Shown: positions 57,760 to 64,000 of the stretch, in pieces
Position numbering within the stretch: the stretch's first letter is position 1
Layout of the letters: every line of letters starts with the position of its first letter
Origin: Tubiluchus corallicola
Lineage: Eukaryota > Animalia > Priapulida
Direction of reading: 5' to 3'
Length of the DNA stretch: 64,000 nucleotides
NCBI GenBank assembly: GCA_030141605.1
Contig: JAQGDQ010000033.1
Coordinates: 923,214 to 987,213 of the forward strand
Program-made: the position numbers and the translations under genes
Notes under the pieces: generated by a model
Seen by the model: the letters and a program-made list of their open reading frames with translations, nothing else
Told to the model about the DNA's origin: nothing
Database searches by the model: none

Positions 57760-59560
57760 TCGGCAGGGCTAAGCCCAAAAGTAGGCCTTTTCCCCATCGT
57801 TGTCTTTCTTGTTAAACCTTGTTAATTGTTTTATCACAGATTTTCTCTCCCGCGTTTTACATTTTTGTTATTAAAGTTGTCTGTCAAGTGGAAGTGCTGC
57901 CTAGCAGCAGTTGTCATGGTATGGTGGGGAAGCAACGTCAGTGGTGGTATGGCACATGGGTCCTGTGCATGTTGGTTTATAATAAACTGAAATGGTGTTT
58001 CAGAAGGGTTAGATTTTCAAAAAGTCCACTCAGGCTGGAACGAATTGTGAAACTTCAGTGGATGGTCTTCCCAATACATGTCAACTTCTTCTTGAATTGA
58101 TCTGCTGATGTGGCGAGGGAATTCCAATCACTCTGAAAATGAATCTGTTCTTGTTTCTACATCTGGGCTTTGTAATCTTGTATCCCCGCTCCACGTGGAT
58201 TAACTGAAAATTTTTTTCTGCTATCAATTCTTGTAAGGTTGTTGTATATACGATACACCGTGATTTGGTCACCTCTTTTTCTTTTGAAACGTAAGGATGG
58301 TAAATTCATTCTCTGCATTCTACCTATGTATGGTAGATCTTTGATTGACGGTAATAACTTGGTGACTTTCCGTTGAATAGATTCTACCTTACGTACTGCT
58401 TGAAGTTTGGATGGGCACCAAATTACATCACCATAGTCTAATATTGGTCTTATACAAAACAATGAATGTTTTATATAAAATGGCCATCATATCAGTGTTC
58501 GTAGAGGTGAAAGAGTGCCTTATCATCCATAATCGTTTCCTAGCTCTTTTGGATATTTTGTCAATGTGTTCATTAAGAGAGACTGATCAATTAAAACACC
58601 CAGGTCTTTCTATTTTGTTCCTGTTATTATTGGAATTGACTGATTTGTATCATTGCGCATATAGTAGCTATGAGTTACATTGTCTTTCCCTAGATGTAGA
58701 ACCTTACACTTTTCCATGTTGAAAGGCATTTGCCAAGTTCGTGACCATGAGACTAATAAGTTTATATCATGTTGGAGTCTCTGGTAGTCAATATTTGATT
58801 TAATATCCTGTAGATTTTTGTATCCTCAGCAAACGTTTTCACTGACAAATTTAAATTGGTAGATCGTTGATGAACATAAGGAATAGTATAGGCCCCAATA
58901 CACTTCCCTGTGGCATTCCGCTCCTGGCGGATCTCCATGAAGATTTCTTAGAGTTGATTCTAAAGGTTTGTGAGTGGTTTTTAAGAAAGTCTTCTATCCA
59001 GTTGTAGAGGTTGCCAGAGATCCCATGTGCAGCAAGTTTTAACATGAGTTTTCTATATGTAAATTTATCGAAAGCTTTCTGCAAATCTAAAATATTATGT
59101 CAACAGAGACCCTTCTTTCAGAGCTTCTTGCCAGTCATTCAATGACTCAAGTAGGTTTAAAATGTAGGAACTTCCTTTTGTGAATCTGTATTGAGAGACA
59201 GTAATAAGCTCATTGACAGCAAGCTGGTCATAAATAGTATTTCTAATCGCTTTCTCAAGAGTTTTTATATAATCGATGTCAAGCTTATCAGTCTGTAGTT
59301 GGTTTTTAGTTCACGCTCCCCTTCTTAAAGATTGGAGACACAATTGAATTCTTCCGTGTTTGTGGTAATTTGCCCTCATTAATTGCTTTTTAAAAATACA
59401 TACTAATGGTGCTGTTAAACTTGCTACTAATTGTTTTATTGCAAATGGGTGAATGCCATCTGGTCCCATGGAGAAATCAGCTTTGAGATCAGTTATAGCT
59501 TTGGATACATTCTCTTCAGTAATGCTAAAAAATGATTGACACATTTAAGCCATCATTTCG
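57760..59560 (-). mobile_element. Decayed CR1-clade LINE (RT remnant); boundaries approximate
   Basis: [60 protein letters not shown] and RKRGDQITVYRI, with many frameshifts. Confidence 0.9.
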
Positions 59561-60046
59561 CCATTCCTAATTTTATTCCATCTCAATTCTTCATCAGTTC
59601 TTCATTCATTGTGTCTGTCTTTTAGCAAATGTTTAATTACACAATTTTTTCATCTAAATTTGGTTATTGGTGATACGTGATTAAATTGGCATAGTCGTCA
59701 CCAGTTTCGTTTTTCCTATGCTCTTAGTACATTAAAATTATTAAATACATTCATTACTTTTAATTTTGTTTTTTCACAGTTTGTTTCATTCTTGTTGATA
59801 AATACTTAATTTCACTAGTAAATTTGGTATATGCAGTAAACTTCATTTTTAAAACTTGTGTGAATTTAGGATACTGTGAATATAATTTATTGTTATCTGA
59901 TTTGTTTGTGTTTTTTCATTTGCATTGCAGGATACCTGTGTAATACCTAGTTAAAAGAATGTTTACAAATATGCGAGTGCTTTTAGTTCACAATCTGTTT
60001 CGTCAGATGTGCTAGCACAGGAAAAAATACTTAAGGAAGATCCATT

Positions 60047-63000
60047 ATGGCGGATAGTGCTGATTGTAATTTAGCTGACGTCACACCAACAGAGATCACT
60101 CAAAATGTTGAAGCTGTTGATGGTGTGATTGCTGTAGACGCTGAACTTTTATCTGGTACATATTTTTCTCTAATGTGATTGTGAGCATTATGCATGTAGC
60201 GAGATTTTAAGATTTATTTGGTTGTGTGTGTGTGTGTAAGTGAGTATACTCTGTCTAGATAGATACTTGGTCATAATTCGAGGGAGGAATGTAAGAAAAA
60301 TGTAGTGAAAAGACTGGTGTTACATTCTCTCCCTCTAATTATGACCACCTGACCACCACTGCAAGTATCTATCTAGGCATAGTGTACTATACATATATAT
60401 ATATGTGTGTGTGAGTGCGATAATCAAGTGTCATGTGCTTACATGACACTGGGTGTGTGATTTAAGACAAAAATTTCAATTTAGTTTGCTAAAATGTTTT
60501 TCTAGTTTCATTTAAAAAACTTGAACTTATATACAGATTTTGTTCAACACTGCTCTGCTTGGCAAGCAAAGACAAATTTATTCTTAATTTATGCCTTTGG
60601 GCTATTTCAGGTGTTGTTTTGTTTAGAAGAAATGGTTCGGGTGTTATTAATTTAGGAGATGCCGCTACTATTGCAGATGCCAGCTCTGAGGAAGATGCTG
60701 AAAATATAATTGTTGCTAGTCAGCAAATTTGCACGGAACTTACCGAAACTGTAGAATCAGATGTTGCGGTGCCACTTACTGAAAATCAAGATAAAGGGTC
60801 ATCTGAGGTAAACTTAGTTTTTACCTCCTCATACATACCTGTAATTTTTTTATTGTTTTAATAATTTGAAAATAGTATCATAGTGATTTCCTCACATCTA
60901 AAATCATTAATCTATTTATTTACCAGTTATAATCGTTGAAGCTTCTTTTGAGTTTCAGCCAAATGAGACTTGTGTTAAAGCAAACTTGAACAACTGCTTA
61001 AATCTATGTTTATGGACTGTCATAAATTTATAAGTTCTTTACTTTATGATGTTATCATGTTTTCTTGCCTTTTATGGCAGCAGTTACTCTAGGCATACCT
61101 TTTTGTTTTCACTGTTTTTACTTTTATGAAAGAAGTTTATCCATATTGTGTACTCTCCACTGTCTGTTGATTAACTTCCTTTACGCATTGTCGTTATGGT
61201 ACATATTGCCTTTTGTTATTTTAGACTGATAAAGAAAATTTGAAGGAATCCGATGAATCACTTGTAACAGTAGCTGAAGTTGACATTACAAATCCCATAC
61301 CATTATCACACAATGTCATAGCAACCATCAATGGACAGAAATGTATTTTACAGGTACTACTAGCATGCTAACATTAATTTAATTTATGCACATTGGACAG
61401 AATATATTTAAAACAATAGTAATACCTAAGAAATAGAATACCTTTGAAATAGTAAGCTCAGCAATGTATTTTTTGCAATGAGTTGGAATCATAATTGTTT
61501 AATAACTTGAGTGTTGCTGCAGGTGTTATGTAGCTAACAGAAGTAGATTTTCCAATTGTCAATTACAATGTGAATAGTAAATTTTCATTTCCAACCTGGA
61601 AATTGTTTGATGATGATTGCAAAATATGAATAAAATTATAGTTTACTGTTTTAATTGATTTTTGTTATTTGTGTGATGTTATTAATTTGTGCTCAGTTTG
61701 TTTTATGATCTAAATTCTTATAGCCGTTATCTGTTATATTTATAATAGTAATTTAGTAATAGCTTTAGAATCAAATTAAAATAGACAAAATAAAATTCAA
61801 CTGAAAATTACAGTCACCTCGTGTCTAGCACAACTGTGCACAGCTTTCATGATGTATTCTTAGGATCATTTCATGTATAGATTTTGCTTTTCATCATTTT
61901 AGCAAGACCCGAACTCTGGGGAAATGGTAGCTTTTCCTGTTTTGGATTCACCAAGGAAGAAACTTAGTAGATCAAGGTAAAGTTGTTTTAGAATGCTTAT
62001 TAGGTCCTGGGTGGTGTGGATGAATCAATGGGAGCTGTATTGCATCGAGTCAGTAAGAGTTACTGAAATGATATTTCCTAGCAAAAGTCAAAAAATTTTA
62101 AGCCAAAGACAAATAATGTATGTGAACTATATGGATGGCAGCCATTTATGTGCTTGCATCACGTGAATATACTGAAAATGTGGACAGTTACTGGGAAATG
62201 TTTCCAAAGGATGGTTTTTATATGCACGACGATTGCATGTATGGACCATTTTCTTGCAAACTTCTTTTCCTCTTTTTTGTTCAACGTCTGTTAAAGACCA
62301 ACAATTTAACTGACGGAACAGTTTATGGTATTAATGACAAATTGATACCTGCCATGATGAGCTAACGAAATCAAAATTTTTGTATTCTTTGATTGTATGA
62401 TGGATAACTTTTCTGTAATTGCCATAAATGTACAAGGTTTTATCTCCAACATTTTTCTGTTTCCTGTGGTTTGTACTACAAGATATTTTATCATTTTTAA
62501 GGCAACCTCAGTCGGAAGAAATTTCTGTTACTGATTTAGAGAAACATGAATCTGATAACGCTGAAGCATCTGCTGTTCAAGGTTTACTAGAACTCCACAA
62601 TACAGGTAATGTGAAATCTAACACAAACCTATTTATTTTAATAATCTGGTAATGGTTTTAACAGCATTGTAGAGTTATTTGTTATGTGATTGTATTTTTT
62701 CAGAAGGTGAAGTCGTAAAGAGAAGTGCGAGGAAGAAGAAACTTCCTCGGAAATTTAAAGGTAGACATAAAATTAATCTCATTTTGTAGAAATAGTGCTT
62801 AATCTTAAATCTTAAACCAGTAGTTTACATAGGAAATTTGCAAATACAAAATGTTGATTTTGATTTTGATAAATGGAATTTTCGTCGTTTTGTCATTTAA
62901 ACTGAGCTAAGAGGTAACTTGTGTAAACTGTCGACCGCATTGATTGTAACATAAAATCTTCAAGCATCATGTTGCTATACATAACAATGTGCTTATTTGC

Positions 63001-63627
63001 TACAAAATAGAAAGTGATTGTTATGGTAAATTATTGGTTACTGTAATAGTTGATTAAATTTTAATTAGTTGTTAAGCAAGAGCTATGCACTGTAATATGT
63101 TGTCGTGCATCTGAGGCATCAGTTCATAAAGTGTGCAGAAAAAAATAAAATGTGGCCCTCAGAAAAGATATAAGGTTATTTTATACCAACATGCTTCTCA
63201 TGGCGGCGTCTTACAGTTATAGTCACTTCGTCACATATGCTATTGTTTGATTGTATGAGAGGTAACATTTCCATAATTGAGGTTTTGTAGACCTCCTCAA
63301 CATTTTTTGCTTTCTGTGGTTTTTACTACAAAATATTTTAGTATTTTAAATGATTATTTAAGCTTTTATGGCTGTTGCATTCATCGGTTTGCATGAACGT
63401 AACATACATTTTTTTGTGTGTGTGAAAAGATGATTATGAAGTGAACTCTAAAAATCAAGAGAAGTCTGATGCTGTTGTGAGCACTGATGAAGAAGAGCCT
63501 TCTGGTGAACAAGATGTTAATGTCGTAGTGCAGAAGTCTACGAATGAGTACCGAGGTTTGAAGCGAAAACGAGCCAGTCCATCTGAGCCAAGTTCTGGGA
63601 CAGACAGTGAAAGTATTTGGGAATCAG
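60047..63627 (+). CDS. Unidentified gene, 7 N-terminal coding exons; acidic/low-complexity, probably nuclear; continues past the right edge
   Basis: Phase-compatible GT-AG exons 60047-60155, 60611-60807, 61225-61353, 61903-61976, 62502-62605, 62704-62760 and 63430-63627. Translation MADSADCNLADVTP..DITNPIPLSHNVIATINGQKCILQQDPNSGEMVAFPV..SAVQGLLELHNT..KRSARKKKLPRKFKDDY..LKRKR. In-frame TAA upstream of the ATG. Confidence 0.75.
60243..60388. mobile_element. Hairpin (foldback/MITE-like) element flanked by (TG)n and (TA)n/(TG)n microsatellites
   Basis: Arm 60243-60294 (AGTATACTCTGTCTAGATAGATACTTGGTCATAATTCGAGGGAGGAATGTAA) is the inverted complement of 60320-60388, apart from an insertion of about 17 nt. 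Confidence 0.75.
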
Positions 63628-64000
63628 GTATACAACTAATAAAAATGCAAATTTTTCAATTTTTTAGTTACTTGCTTAGAAGCCTTTTAAGCAATTGTAA
63701 GTTTTTATTCCTGCATTGTTTTTATTTTTTTGGACCATTTTTCTATTTCATAACCGAAAATTTTTCATTATTTGTTTGTTATTGTATAGATTTTACAGCA
63801 ACAGGCTAGCAGGGGAATGCTGACACAGAGGGTTCTGTTCATTTACAGTGGAATGTCTTTACTGCGGAATAAATTAGAGAAAAATTTGTTCTGATGTGGC
63901 CAATCCTTTTTAGCCTTTATTCAGAATTATGTAGTTTTTAGTGGAAGCTATGACTATTCACATTTAAAGACACTTTGGACACCAATTTTCTCTACATATT

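Overview
AT-rich, intron-rich animal (invertebrate) genomic DNA, most likely a lophotrochozoan such as an annelid or mollusc; the taxon is inferred, not certain. There are no prokaryotic features, CRISPR arrays, rRNA or intact tRNA genes. Six protein-coding genes were assembled by hand from GT-AG boundaries. (1) The 5' part of an MDM2/MDM4-like gene on the minus strand, missed by the ORF track; its SWIB p53-binding domain is split over exons 8872-8759 and 1627-1494. (2) An 8-exon Aa_trans-family amino-acid transporter (+). (3) RPL10A/uL1 (-, 5 exons, 217 aa). (4) USP47 (+, 26 exons, about 1870 aa, with a 1944-nt exon), head-to-head with RPL10A. (5) A compact two-exon ANKRD11/12-like gene (-, about 932 aa). 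(6) An unidentified gene (+) running off the right end. Transposon debris includes a dead hAT with a nested LINE, several MITEs, a MetaSINE-like tRNA SINE, and CR1/RTE-type remnants. The most interesting signals are a near-perfect p53 response element inside the MDM gene, a candidate L10ARE-like autoregulatory RNA element between two 5' splice sites in an RPL10A intron, and an orphan histone-type stem-loop at the end of a Penelope-like remnant.
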